Source: Octopus sinensis
Taxonomy: Eukaryota
DNA: 64,000 bases
Direction: 5' to 3'
Assembly: GCF_006345805.1 (NCBI RefSeq)
Contig: NC_042998.1
Coordinates: 197,036,001-197,100,000 of the forward strand
Numbering within the stretch: the first letter of the stretch is position 1; every line of letters begins with the position of its first letter. Under the pieces are notes generated by a model, which saw nothing but the letters and a program-made list of their open reading frames with translations, had not been told where the DNA came from and searched no databases. Below are positions 49,725 through 62,495 of this stretch, one piece after another. A program made the position numbers and the translations under genes.

Positions 49725-50189
49725 ATTTTTAACCATTTTCAACAAGTTCGTCAATTGTTCGGTGACGGTTCTCCAAGATCAGTTCATGAATTTTCGTGAT
49801 GTTTTCATTCGTTCGGGAAGTCGACGGTCGCCCTGAACGAGGTTGGACCTCAAGCGACAACTCCTAAAGCGTGGAAACCACTCGTAAACTTGTGTTTTGC
49901 TCATGGCAGTGGCCTTGTAAGCTGTTTGGAGCATGACAACTGTTTCGGTCGCCGTTTTCCCCAGCAGAAAACAGAAGTTCACGGAAGCACGCTGCTCCTT
50001 CGGTTCAGCCATCGCAAAGATCGACGAACAGGAGAGAAGCACTGCAAAACAAAGATGCAGCACATGGTGGTAAGACACCACTGGACAATGCCTGAGGGTC
50101 GCATCTAGTGGCTTCTAGCGGCAGAAGCCTGAACTACAACGGGCTTGTCCTACAGAGAATGTTTCCAGTTACTTTTGGGCACCCTCTCG
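49725..50189 (-). mobile_element. mariner 5' fragment (left end and N-terminal HTH)
   Basis: TA|CGAGAGGGTGCCCAAAAG end; MAEPKEQRASVNFCFLLGKTATETVVMLQTAYK..SKTQVYEWF. Confidence 0.85.
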
Positions 50190-50699
50190 TATGGGTGCTA
50201 TGCAACATTTCATCTTTTCTCACAGTTAAAAAGAAACTAAAATGCCTTTGAAATAAGCACCACTGATATATTAAGATCTATTATTATCGAGTTTTTATGA
50301 AAGGTGTGAAAATCACGTTTTCTAATTTTATATGCTTCGTAAATCTAAAAACTTACAACCTGTGCAACGAATCAAGGACTGAATGCAAACAGACACATAC
50401 ATGCATGCTCAAATAAACGCATTGATCATGGACATACATGCACACACATATACACATGCATACATGTCATTCACATATATATTTCTGCTGACGGCCTTCT
50501 CCATACCAAGCTGATCAAGTAGGTATTATGTTGAACTACGAGGACGTGGGGCTGGGATGGGGTATCTGAATTCAAATCCACATTAAGGTTTCTGCGCAAG
50601 TTATTCTATCGTACACGTTAAAACGCCTGTAGTTTCGCTGTTTAAAGTTGTTAATCTTTCATAGGATGAAATAAGGGACCTCAAAGAAAACTTGTGTAC

Positions 50700-51330
50700 A
50701 TTCTCGCCAAATTGTATTTCCGGAGATTCTAGAAACTTTACTCGGGGCTATAAAATTTTAGAATAATGAACCCTGAATCAGAACCACCCTAAACGTTACA
50801 TGGAACTTTCGTTTTGTTCCAAGAAATGTAATTTCATTTTCTTCCACTTGATTTTTCATATAATACTTTGCATACCAGGTTTGGCAAACCACGAAGTTTA
50901 GCTCCATATGAAAGGTTTCTCTTATTAGACCTACGTTTAAGAAGATAATTTTCATCCTTCATCTTTCTCTCAAAGAGATTATTCTTCTTGTAACCGGAAA
51001 CTTTCTCCTACAGTTATATGAAATCTTTCAGCTTTCATTCTTCGGCAGTTTCATCATTTCTTAATTCACACATAATACACATACAACAAATGCCTAGTGT
51101 TATTAATAAACAGTGTTGAAGATAATCCATTCTTCTGTTGATTAAACATGTTCATCATGATATAACTACAACGTATTTCTTAACAACCATCGACTGGAAA
51201 CTGTTGAAGACGAACATTAACGCCTCAAGCTCATTGCTGTCGGAAGGTCTGCCAAAGCAACGGACACAGTCGCTTTTTCGAGACCAAACCTCTCTCAATA
51301 AATTGTATCTTGTTTTCTTTAGTATACAAT
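50700..51330 (-). pseudogene. Possible Merlin (IS1016/IS1595-like) transposase remnant
   Basis: Across frames FIERGLVSKKRLCP, DGC, KVSG, KDENYLLKRRSNKR recall the Merlin GL..CP, DG.W.C, KIGG, IDESKF.KRKYNRGR motifs; heavily decayed. Confidence 0.4.
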
Positions 51331-53060
51331 TAATCTATCGCTCGAATTAATTGTACAGTTTTAATACAAAATATATTTAAATACTGGTGACATATATAAA
51401 TATAATAGTCCGTAGTGCAATATGTAATCAAATATTAACTACACATCGAAATATAATAATAGATTCTCCTCATCACCACTAAGTGGAGCTTGCTTGGAAT
51501 CCTCTTTAAATCTTTCGGTAGCTGAATAACACCGGTGATTGTCAATCCTATAGGTATTAGTAGGAGTTCTCACTTTTGGAAGCTACTCTGGTCAATGACA
51601 TCAATACGATTCTATGTTCAATATCTTGTAAATTTTATCAATACTGTCCATATACATCGATATATAATTCGCTGTACGAAACACATTTTTAGCGACGGCA
51701 GGCTACTGTATTTCATTGAAAATTCTTTGTTTGTTGACTTCTAATAATCATTTACAGATTTATTTATCGCAGAGCACTACCGTAGCTCTCCCGTTTGCCA
51801 CCCCCGGACCCCACAAAAAAAAAAGACACATATTGCCTACAGCAGACCCAAAAGTGCCGCCCAGTGTGGACTGCCTCTACCGCCCCACCCTAGCTATGCT
51901 AGTGCCGCTAAGTGCCATGATTTGGTTCGAAACAGCATATTTCTTATTAACGAGACGTAATTCGTGAGTATTCAGCAAATGAACTAACCCAATAATAGAC
52001 TCTTCCCAGCAGAAACTATTTATGATACTAATTAAAGTTGTTCACAGCACTTCTCTTTTGATATTTAACTTTATATGGCCGTCAAATTAAAACAGGATGA
52101 GTCGTTTAACAATCAACAAACCAAAGTCAATAAGTAAGCTGTTCCACTTTGCTCTGTCTTTTATTACCCAGAATTTCTCTATTACTCGAACGAACCTCAC
52201 ATTTTCGTATGAAGTCTTTTTAGGTCAAAGAACAATACCCAGTATTTCAATTTCTGCATTTTTATGCTTATTTTCATTCGTTTTTCTTTCGACAACTGAG
52301 ACAGGAACCATTCTAACCTACGTGACACTCAAAGACAGAACTTTAAATCGCAAAAAAATACCCTGTATCGTGTAGTTTCTTCACTCAATTCATTTTACAA
52401 ATGCATTTACATAAACTCCCTTTCAAAGGTGTTGCAAGCGTGTTCGCTCTTTACCTTTAAGTGCCCATATTTTAGTCGAGTGCATCTAGCTTTACGTGGG
52501 CTGTCCACCCTTTAACGTGACAGACTAGCCTAACGCACCAACATCAGCTTCATAGGGGAAGCTTTTCCCGCTAATTACTCAGTATGGTGAGTCGTGACGA
52601 GCGAGTTCGGATCTTTGGCATGAGAGCAGTTTTATTCCGCTTTGCAGCTTCAGTGAGGAGATTTTTGTCAAGGGAGATTCTTGTCGCTATATTTTGTATT
52701 TTTCCCGTGGACTTCAACATGAAGAAGCATGGTGGACTTATGTATTTTAATTGACAGAAGTATTCACGCACACCAATTGCTGTATTTTCTTTTAGCTGTG
52801 AAATAAATGTGGTAGTTAACTTTAATTTGTCTTCGTATTTCTTGACTAGCGGGACCCTTGAATATTTCACAGTATTAATGGTAAACCCATTGGGTTATTT
52901 CTGAAAATTTTATCCGAAAAACCTGAAAGCGTAGCCTGTGTTGTGTTTGTACGGAAAGATAGTCGCTCATCTGCCACTCATTGAAAAGTGAAAGAAATTG
53001 GAATACGATGATTACTTAATGCACTTTATACTTACACTTTATATATTTTATACAGAATTT

Positions 53061-53348
53061 GGATCTTTTCGCTTTGACCGGAAGATTTTTAAAATAATTT
53101 CTTTGTAACTAAACACTTTTAAACTTCGTTTACTGGTAGAATGTGTTACATAAAACATCTTTTTCTCTTGGCTCTCTTGAGAAAATTCTGTAGTTTGTAA
53201 GCTATTTGTTGTTTAATTTCTTGCCTTTCGGCAATTTCAACCAATCAATGACGTCTATTGAGGTGAATACAATATCTGCCGTATTTTGTCAACATTTTCT
53301 GGCGGTGTCATGAATTTGTCACTGCTATTTATGAGAAAAAAGATACCC
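53061..53348 (-). mobile_element. GGATC-TIR MITE, partial
   Basis: GGATCTTTTCGCTTTGACCGG end and interior homologous to 11837-12249. Confidence 0.75.
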
Positions 53349-53349
53349 T

Positions 53350-53730
53350 GTGGCCATAAACTGAGGGGTCACTCGTAAACAGAGCTGGTTAGCATCTGGC
53401 GCGGTTTGTCTCTCGACTTATTTTGCGCCAGAGTGTAAAGCCAACCAATTACGGCCTTCGGATAAGGCCTGCTTCATTCGAGCCTACCACGGGCTATAAA
53501 TAAGCCAGCTTTCATTATTCTCGGTCTTTCGACTCCAGACCTTTTAAGGTCTAGTCACTGACCACTGAGCTACTTAGTCATGTTCCAGCGACAGACGACC
53601 AGCTTGCCAGATGCCAACCAATCAGAGCAGTGGACACAACAGGGTCAAACTAACCAAAGATAGTTGTAATCTCAAACGAGATCATTCATATTGTGTCTCT
53701 CAAACAGTGAGGATATCAAATATCGCTACA
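53350..53730. mobile_element. Rearranged relative of the TGTAG-TIR MITE (one TIR, ending GCTACA)
   Basis: 53620-53730 matches the right TIR of 57817-58097; no TSD found. Confidence 0.65.
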
Positions 53731-53785
53731 AATTTTTATTTAAAACAAAAATGTTCCAAACTTTTGGTTACAAATGTATATATTA

Positions 53786-54197
53786 GGCGCAGGAGTGGCT
53801 GTGTGGTAAGTAGCTTGTCTATCAACCACATGGTTCCGGGTTCAGTCCCACAGCGTGGCACCTTGGGCAAGTATCTTCTACTATAGCCTCGGGCCGACCA
53901 AAGCCTTGTGAGTGGATTTGGTAGACGGAAACTGAAAGAAGCCCGTCGTATATATGTATATATATATATATGCGTGTGTGTGTGTTTGTGTGTCTGTGTT
54001 TGTCCCCCTAGCATTGCTTGACAACCGATGCTGGTGTGTTTATGTCCCCGTTACTTAGTGGTTCGGCAAAAGAGACCGATAGAATAAGTACTGGGCTTAC
54101 AAAAGAATAAGTCCCGGGGTCGAGTTCCTCGATTAAAGGCGGTGCTCCAGCATGACCGCAGTCAAATGACTGAAACAAGTAAAAGAGAGTAAAAGAG
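53786..54197 (+). mobile_element. SINE family A
   Basis: Full-length match to 5815-6240. Confidence 0.9.
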
Positions 54198-55073
54198 TAT
54201 CTCTAATGGATAATCCGGGTTGTTTCTCAGAAACCTCCGACCACTTTCCGACCAGAGTGAGTGAGATCGGAAATAACTGGCATAACAGTCAAAGATCAAA
54301 CAATAACTGAACAAGTGTGTTCTTGCATTCATAAACGATGAAAATCACGTCTTTATAGCGACCAAGCTCAACCCCCTTGGTAACTTGTTTTGATTTCGCA
54401 GGAAACCAATTACAATTGGAACATTCTAAATGAGATGAAAAGATGTGCGTTTCTTCTCATAAATCTTTCCAATCGTTTCGTGTTATTTTTATTGTTGACC
54501 TCTATATAGCGCCTCTCGCCATTTTGTTTTAATAGCCAAGTCATTTAATTTGAAAGATTTATTAAAAGGTTACCAGACGACGCAGATCTTTAGGTTGTGC
54601 GGACCTCGTGTCTTTGAAGTGGCTTCACAAGTCATACAAGTTTTTACCTCTCATGACACTTGACAGATTAAGTCCTTTTCAGCAAAGCTGTGCTGAGAAC
54701 ATTTTTAAAAATTATTGTTGTTGTTGCTGTTATGTGTCTTGCTTTAGCAACAAGCAGCTCCTAATGACATGGAATTACTTGTATATCTACTGTTCAATGC
54801 CGGATATATCATGTTACAAACTTGTACTTCCTATACATACGAAGAAATAACAATGTGAAGTATTACGAAATATTCTTTTCTACTCTAGGCACAAAGCCCA
54901 ATATTACAAAATATTAAACCCTAAAGATTAACGGGAGAGCTAAAAATATTATCGAACCAGTTAGCAAGGATGTACCTCAAAATTCACCGATGGCTATTTC
55001 TCCCACTAATGTCTAATATCGTAACATCTCGTCTTGATTCTATGTATAGCAGAATATCGAACTCAAAGACTAA

Positions 55074-55470
55074 TCTTTATATATATAATAGAGAAGTTGT
55101 GTGTCTGTCTCCTACGATTTAGATTCCTAACTACTCCCACATTTTGCGGTGCAGTTTAACCAAAAGCGGGTATATTATAGTCGTGATTCATATCGAGCCC
55201 TTCTGGGTATTAGCGCGCGTCTACGATGAGTCTACGATTAAAAAAAAAATTGCCATAATTTTTTTCCATTTTAATGTATTTTTTCGCTATTATAAAAGGG
55301 AAGTAACTCTCTAAAAATGTCTACGATGAGTCAACGATTAAAAAAAAATTTAATATAATTTTTTTCCATTTTTAATGCATTTTTTTGCTAGTTTTTGGCT
55401 ATAACTTTCTAAAAATGCTTATATAGTTATTTCCCTTACAAACCCGAGCAACGCCGGGCGATACTGCTAG
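55074..55470 (+). mobile_element. Non-autonomous Helitron
   Basis: A|TC ... CCCGAGCAACGCCGGG ... CTAG|T. Confidence 0.85.
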
Positions 55471-55999
55471 TAGATTATAAATTAATTTATACTATTAATA
55501 TAATACTAATTTGTAGCATTGATATATCTCAAATTTGGTGCATTGGTATAGTCGACTACATCATTCCAGTACCTTGACTGGTACTGATTTTTATCGGCTT
55601 CGAAAGATGACGGTCGTTTAATCTCAGCAATCTTTTCAGACTTAACAAAATATATCAGGGCTTTTGTTTGGTGCTCCAACATTTCTGCTAACACTTGTTC
55701 TGACTAATAAATAACATTAACTTTATGCTTTTGTAAACCACAATTTAAGAGAGTAATAAAACAAAATGTACTGTTGCGACCCGAACCATTTATCCCTAAC
55801 TTTGTGGGAAAATGCAAACTTAAAAAAAAAAAAAATTCTAATTTCTTCTGTCAGTTTTTTTTCTTGCTTCGTAGACAATATTTTGCTGTTTATTACAGGC
55901 AGGGCTTTCGAGACAAGTTTGACATAGCAAAACAAAACTGCTTTTGGGTCCCATGAAAGGTGATTCGTTTCAAAATTCAAGAGGGCTGTACGACCTCTA

Positions 56000-57620
56000 C
56001 TTGTATCTCAGAGCTCTGGACTGATGTAGAAGTTGATAGTTGGGAAGTGGAATGTTATAACTCTCACGATTAAAGAACAGAGACTAATGGAGAAAGCCAA
56101 TACTACAGGTTAGATATCATTAGGTGTCCCTTCTATAAGGTTTCGCAAATTTGGATGGGTGGTGGAATCTCCCCGACCCACGTGTGGTGCCAACTATGTC
56201 TGCGCAGGCGGGAGTGGAAATACTCGCAAGGCCCAACTTTTGGATTGTGTTATGGAATGGATCCCACTAGGTGGGATATGTCTGAAGCTTAAGCTGAAGG
56301 ACCGCTGTGGCTGTTGCCAGTAAATGCGCCAAACAGCGACACCAAATCCAAATCCTTGCTTAGTCACTGCAGCTTTAAATGGAATCATTTGTCCTTCAAG
56401 AAAATTTTAATGCATGTGTTGGCACTGATCATCGGACATAGACAGGAGTGACTGGCAAGAATGGTGACCCCAAACTCAACGTTAATGCAAAGCCTTATTA
56501 GATTTCACTGCTGGAAATGGGCTTTATATAATAAACACTTTCTTCCTACACAGATATCTATAAGTATACTTGACATAGGGATACTCTGGGACTGCAGTCG
56601 CTGATAGATTTTGTCATCGTCTCAGACTGCTTTTGATTCTGTACTGGACGTTCGTGTAAAGTGTGGGGCTGAGCTATCATCAACTTGTCGGCAATGTGAG
56701 ACTATCTACAACAGGGCGAACTCATATAACTGAAAAGTACAGCGTGATCTAGAGAATAAAGTGAGAAGCCCTGGTAGTTGATGGGATCAGATGTTAGTTC
56801 GTCCGTCGTTGTCGACAATGACCAAGAGCATCGCATGAGATAAGATAGGGCACGGTGTGTCCGGCTGTGGCCAATCAGTCTGATGCGTGTTTGGAAGGCT
56901 CTGCCGCAGGTCGGTCATTGGTGGTCCACTGGGATTGAAGGCGAGGGGTTGGTTCTGGACTTTGAGCTTCTGCAATCCTGTTCTGTGAGATCAGATACAC
57001 GTATGCGACACTATTGCATTCAAACTTAGAGACCTTCCTGAACAAACTGCGGATGTTGATACGGAGTGGAGATTGCTTTGTTCGGCAGTTTCTTTTTCGG
57101 CTTTACAATGCTGCGGGCGAAAACGGCTCGGCGTGGCGCAGGTGATAAAAGGACTTGCAAATAATATTTGGGATTTAAGCTGGACTCTGACTTTATATTG
57201 GCCAGTAAAGTATTCTAGCAGACCATCTGCCGACTACGTAACAAGAACCCCACTTTTACACTTTCTATTAAGGACTCGACCGAGGATCTTCTCTCTACAA
57301 AAAAGAGCATCCACGGGAGGTGGATGGAATACTTTGTTGGTCTGAATCTAGTCACAATATAATCTGGTGGACACGTGGGGCACCTAGAGACGAAGACTAA
57401 CCTCTCTGAGGCTAAGTCATAGAGGCGATTAAAGTGTTCAAAGGTGACAAGGATGCTGGGATCTTGAAAGCCTTCAATAGAGAAGGTATGCTCTGGTTGA
57501 CTCGTGTATGCCAAGTGGCTAGGTCCCCTGGCAAAACTTTAAAGCAATGGCAATCCAGAGTGTTAATCCCTATTTTTAAAAAGGAATCTTCTTGTTTAGT
57601 CTCCCTGGCTTTAGGTATCT
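56000..57620 (+). pseudogene. Old RTE (Expander-like) LINE remnant, endonuclease to pre-RT
   Basis: Fragments AQAGVEIL, WIPLGG..LKLKLKDR, GKNGDP, SLIDFVIVSD, WLTRVCQVA, WQSRVLIPIFKK. Confidence 0.6.
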
Positions 57621-57816
57621 GTAAAAGAGGTGCAGGGAAATAGTCGGGTTCAAGTTAGTCAGAAAGGAGCAGTTTCATCAACTGTCTATACTTGCTCTGG
57701 TGTGTAGCCCCCTTCAGCAATATTTTTGTTCAACTCTTCAGGATAATTAATAGCAACCTCTGTATCCGCGCTCGCAGTTTCACTTGTCCTTTTTATGTTG
57801 CGCAAATTCATGCGCT

Positions 57817-58097
57817 TGTAGCGTATCTGATATCCTCACTCTTTGAGAGACACAATAAGAATGATCTCGTTTGAGATTACAACCATCTTTGGCTAGTTTG
57901 ACCCTGTTTATGTCCACTGATCCGATTGGTTGGCATCTAGCATGGTTTGTCTCTCTACTGATTTCGCGCCAGTGTCTAAAACCAACCAATCAGATCAGTG
58001 GACACAACAGGGTCAAACTAGCCAAAGATGGTTGTAATCTCAAACGAGATCATTCTTATTGTGTCTCTCAAAGAGTGAGGATATCAGATACGCTACA
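57817..58097. mobile_element. MITE with ~115-bp TIRs, TGT...ACA ends and 4-bp TSD (Ginger-like)
   Basis: CGCT|TGTAGCGTATCTGATATCC ... GGATATCAGATACGCTACA|CGCT. Confidence 0.85.
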
Positions 58098-59134
58098 CGC
58101 TTCTTAAACCTTTCAAACCAAACTTTACTAGCCATTAGAAGTTTCATCTTCCTTTTTCTTTTTTAGCAAATCGTCGAATAAACTTTTGGCTCTTTTTTTT
58201 TTAATGACTGTCGTGTTTATCAGCACATTACACCGATGCTGATCCTCGATCCCTACACTAAAGAGTCATTCCACCTTAAGAATTACATTTTAGCTATGGA
58301 AAAATAAGGTCCGGACAGTTAACGAAGTAGCTTCTTTAGCACTTGGCATAATTTTATCTCTTCTTGTCACATATTGTTCCTACCGTAGACTTTGCCAGTT
58401 TTAACGCTTTAGCGAGACAACTTAATTTTACTTCCGCTTCAAATCTGAATATCAAGTTAAATATCCAGTGTAACCCCTTTATGGTCCCTTTTTGCGCCAT
58501 TGTCTTCAGGTCTACTTGATAGATTCTTTCCAGACATTTTAAGCTGGGGGCAAATCCAAGAGCCGCAGCGATTAATTATCTACAACAAATATGAAGTAAA
58601 AAATAAAAAAAGAATTGGATCAGGCTAGGTCTGATTTGTGAGAGCGTGAAATTACCGTATTGGTGCAGTAATGATAGCTGAAGGGTCACCAAATTTTATA
58701 GGCTTTTCGCCCCTTGTACTTCTGACTTAAGACATACACACAGACACGCAAACACGTGTTGTTGTACATGCTGATATCTGTTGTAGCCAGTTGGATTCAA
58801 AAGTTGGTGGGCTGACCGCGGTGATGATGTGTGTTGCTTAGATGTTCAATGTTCGTGATGGTGGGTGGGTATTGTTGGTCGTGTGGTGGTCATTTTGTTT
58901 TTACCAATTGTATTGTTGTGGCTGTTTAGTCTCAAGTCAATCTTTATTGACCAAAGATAAAAAACAAAAGACGAAGACAGGTGGTGTAGAAAACAAACAG
59001 ATGTATTAGTATAATGCTCAGGAATAGAAAAAGTCTTTTACGTTCCGAGCCTACGCTCTTCTATAGAAAGGGACACAGAAAAAAACAAGGAGAGAAGAAA
59101 AATTTGTGTAGTGGCTACCGATCTATCATGGCGA

Positions 59135-59190
<56 letters not shown>

Positions 59191-59196
59191 CACACT

Positions 59197-59247
<51 letters not shown>

Positions 59248-59877
59248 TATCTAAGAATGATGTGTGTGCATGTAAAGTGATAATAGTTTTTCAAGTCGTT
59301 AACTATATACTTTGATCTTAACTAAAACACATGTGACCTTTGAGCTAAGTAAAAAGATTAGTTTTAAATTAACAATTTTTAAAACTACACGATTCGCTTT
59401 TCCATAAGAGTAAACTTCCAGACCATCTCCTGAAATTAATGGTCATCCTTTACAATTTTCGTGAGTGCAAAATCCCGTAATCTGAGACAGCCATAACAAG
59501 GGGGATGCCTAATATATATATATACATACTTATCCGAGTATATTTTAAAAGTTGAATGAAATTTAACATATATATATATATAATGTTAAATTTCATTCAA
59601 CTTTTAAAATATACTAGGATAAGTATGTATGTGTATATATATCAGAAGGAATCCCCACATCAAGTGATGTAATCCTAACTGCATACGGAGGAACCAGGAT
59701 TCCACAACTGGGCAAAACAATCATTACAAGGACACACAAAAGGAAAAAAAATCAAATGTTCTTTTTATATCACAAGAGCAGAAGGGCCCACAATTCTCGG
59801 ACTTAATACCTGTCAAAAGCTCAACATTGTGGCAATCAGCAATGGAGTGAAAGCAGCATACTAAAGCTGCTAAAGGT

Positions 59878-60456
59878 ATGACAAAACCAGCCCAGCCAAC
59901 TAAGAGACCTAAACCTATACAAGAAGTTGCAGCAATAGCAACCAAAAAAGCTAAGTCTGTTAAGGAAACTCCAAAAGTTTCTGCCAAGGGAGCAGCCAAA
60001 CCCTCTAAGCAGGCTCAACCAGCTAAAGCGACCAAACCATCGAAGGTTGTTGGCAAAGGAGTTCGGCTAGGTAAGGTAGCTGGAAATTCTGTAAAGCAGG
60101 CAAAGCCAGCACAGCCTATTAAAGCTACTAAACAACCACAGCAAACTGCTAAACCAGCAGCAAAACAGTCCCAGCCTAAAGAAGGTCAGGCACCAAAGGG
60201 TCAGCTTGCTAAACAGAGTCAAACTCCTAAGCAGGGTCAGGCTCAAAAACAAACTCAACCCCCAAAACAAGCCCTACTAGCTGCCAAGACACTGAAATCA
60301 GCAGAGGCTGCAAAGCAGACGCAACCTGCTGCGCAGGCCCAGCCAGCGCAAAATCACCCAAATCAATGCAAAGAGAGATTCTTGGTGAGATCCACCAAGG
60401 ATATCTGCAAATGGAAAAATGCAAACTCCGAGCCAAGTCAGCTGTATTTTGGGTAG
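59878..60456 (+). CDS. Open 192-codon Lys/Pro/Gln/Ala-rich ORF inside the Gypsy pol remnant; expression unknown
   Basis: ORF track; AKP/AQP/KQxQ repeats. The last ~35 codons are integrase read out of frame. Confidence 0.35.
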   Translation: MTKPAQPTKRPKPIQEVAAIATKKAKSVKETPKVSAKGAAKPSKQAQPAKATKPSKVVGKGVRLGKVAGNSVKQAKPAQPIKATKQPQQTAKPAAKQSQPKEGQAPKGQLAKQSQTPKQGQAQKQTQPPKQALLAAKTLKSAEAAKQTQPAAQAQPAQNHPNQCKERFLVRSTKDICKWKNANSEPSQLYFG

Positions 60457-60486
60457 GCATGTACAAAGACATAGAAAAGATGGTTT

Positions 60487-60647
60487 TGTAGCGATATTGA
60501 TATCCTCACTGTTTGAGAGACACAATAAGAATGATCTCGTTTGAGATTACAACCATCTTTGGCTTCATATTATGCTAGAGAGTGACTGTGGCGTTCTAAA
60601 GGAGACATTTGTCACCAACTCCTTACGTACGGTCGTATAACCCTACA
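60487..60647. mobile_element. 161-bp TGTAG...CTACA insertion with 4-bp TSD GTTT
   Basis: Left 76 bp match the 57817 TIR; removing it restores the integrase frame EKMVSTYHICQK. Confidence 0.85.
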
Positions 60648-61129
60648 GTTTCTACATACCACATCTGTCAAAAGTAAAGAAACTCGCAACAAAAGGAGGA
60701 AATGATACCCAGTGACATCCCAAGAAGGCCATGGCAAACTATTGGAGTAGATCTGTTCACAGAAAACCAAGAATGGTACTTGATTATGGTCTGTCTACTA
60801 CTACTCTAAATTCCCATTTGCGAGAAAAGTGAAAGACCTGAGAGCCAAAACAATAACTGCAGTGGCTCTAGGACTTCTTGCAGAGGAAGGAATACCAGAG
60901 CAGATCATATGTGACAATGGACCCCACTTCATGTCTTAGGAATACAAAAAGCTAACCAATGAATATGGGTTCAATATTATAACCTCATCTCCACAGGTCA
61001 TGGATTCATAGAAAGACAGGTGTAGACAGTCAAGAGAACACTAGTCAAATGCCGGGAAACTAAGGAAGACCCACACCTTAGGCTATCTCGGAGAGTGATC
61101 AACCAGTTCAAGACTACAGTCAACGCACA

Positions 61130-61985
61130 GCAGCCATTGAAACCAAGCCTCTGCATGGATTGTCTCTTTGTCTCTGGCTAAAAGTGATGAAGTCAACATC
61201 CATCATTAGGTTAGGAAATGTTCAAGGAAACTAGCTGGATCTGCCTCAAACTGTCAGATTTCCCCGTGATGTGAATAGCCTCGTGCGCTTTTGATTGGGG
61301 GTCAGAAGACATGACATTCACCGAGGCAGAAACGTTAGCACGCCGGATGAAATGCTTGGTGGTATTTCGTCTGCCGTTACATTCTGAGTTCAAATTCCGC
61401 CGAGGTCAACTTTGCCTTTCATCCTTTCGTGGTCGATAAATTAAGTACCAGTTTCACACTGGGGTCGATATAATCGACTTAATCCGTTTGTCTGTCCTTG
61501 TTTGTCCCCTCTGTGTTTAGCCCCTTGTGGGTAGTAAAGAAATAGGTATTTTGTCCGCCATTACGTTCTGCGTTCAAATTCTGCCGAGGTCAACTTTGCC
61601 TTTCATCCTTTTGGGGTCGATAAATTAAGTACCAGTTATGCACTGGGGTCGATATAATCGATTTAATCCCTTTGTCTGTCCTTGTTTGTCTCCTCTATGT
61701 TTAGCCCCTTGTGGGTAATAAAGAAATAAGAAACCTTCGTCATGTCAAGTTCATTGAGCAGAATATTCTCAACTCCCTCACCATGTGGTGAACATGACCA
61801 ATGTTTTCTTCGGTGACAGCAGCTGCAGAACGTTCAGACCTTGGATCATTTTCAAAACTTTCCTTTCCCTTCCTAAATTTAGCTGCCCCCTTTTGCACTG
61901 TTGATAAAGCTGGTGCATCGTCCTCCAATGCAGCAACCCTCGTAGGACAGCTTGTTGCGTTAGGTCTTCATTGTCGCATGGGTGA
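61130..61985 (-). mobile_element. mariner transposase remnant split by a SINE B dimer (61326-61729)
   Basis: DDAPALSTVQK..ENDPRS..TEENIGHVHHMV, then LLTPNQKRTRL..EADPASFL..PETKRQSMQ. Confidence 0.8.
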
Positions 61986-62091
61986 GTCGGTCTTCACCGT
62001 CGCCGTGGTTTGGGTGTAAGGTTATTATGGATTAGGCTAAGCAGCTTGACATAGGAACAGGAACAACAGTCGCAAACATTTTATGATATAA

Positions 62092-62495
62092 GTAGCAGTA
62101 TCGCCCGGCGTTTCTCGGGTTTGTAAGGGAAATAACTATATATAAGCATTTTTAGAGATTTATAGCAAAAAAATAGCAAAAAAAATGCATTAAAAATGGA
62201 AAAAAAATGATGGTAAATTTTTTTTTAAATCGTTGACTCATCGTAGACATTTTAGAGAGTTACTTCCCTTATATAATAGCGAAAAATATGCATTAAAATG
62301 GAAAAAAGTTATGGTAAATTTTTTTTTAAATCGTAGACTCATCGTAGACGCGCGCTAATACCCAGAAGGGCTCGATATGAATCACGACTATAAGATACCC
62401 GGTTTTGGTTAAACTGCACCGCAAAATGTGGGAGTAGTTAGGAATCTAAATCGTAGGAGAGAGACAACACACAACCTCTCTTTTATATATAAAGA
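62092..62495 (-). mobile_element. Non-autonomous Helitron
   Basis: Near-identical to 19338-19734; CTAG end mutated. Confidence 0.85.

Larger units (their letters stand above)
59642..61090 (+). pseudogene. Gypsy-type pol remnant: protease tail, K/P/Q/A-rich linker, integrase; RT and RNase H absent
   Basis: SDVILTAYGG..GPTILGLNTCQKLNIV; then ORF 59878-60456; in another frame PKSMQREILGEIHQG..KCKLRAKSAVFWVGM; then RPWQTIGVDLF, CDNGPHF, GFIERQV. Confidence 0.85.

Noticed and set aside
52571-52870. 99-aa minus-strand ORF with a TAF9-like patch (LLTEAAKRNKTAL)
   Set aside because: The resemblance covers about 15 residues with no histone-fold context upstream.
59878-60456. Stand-alone host gene (histone H1- or neurofilament-like)
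   Set aside because: It is flanked by Gypsy protease and integrase, and its C-terminus is out-of-frame integrase; kept only as a transposon-linked finding.
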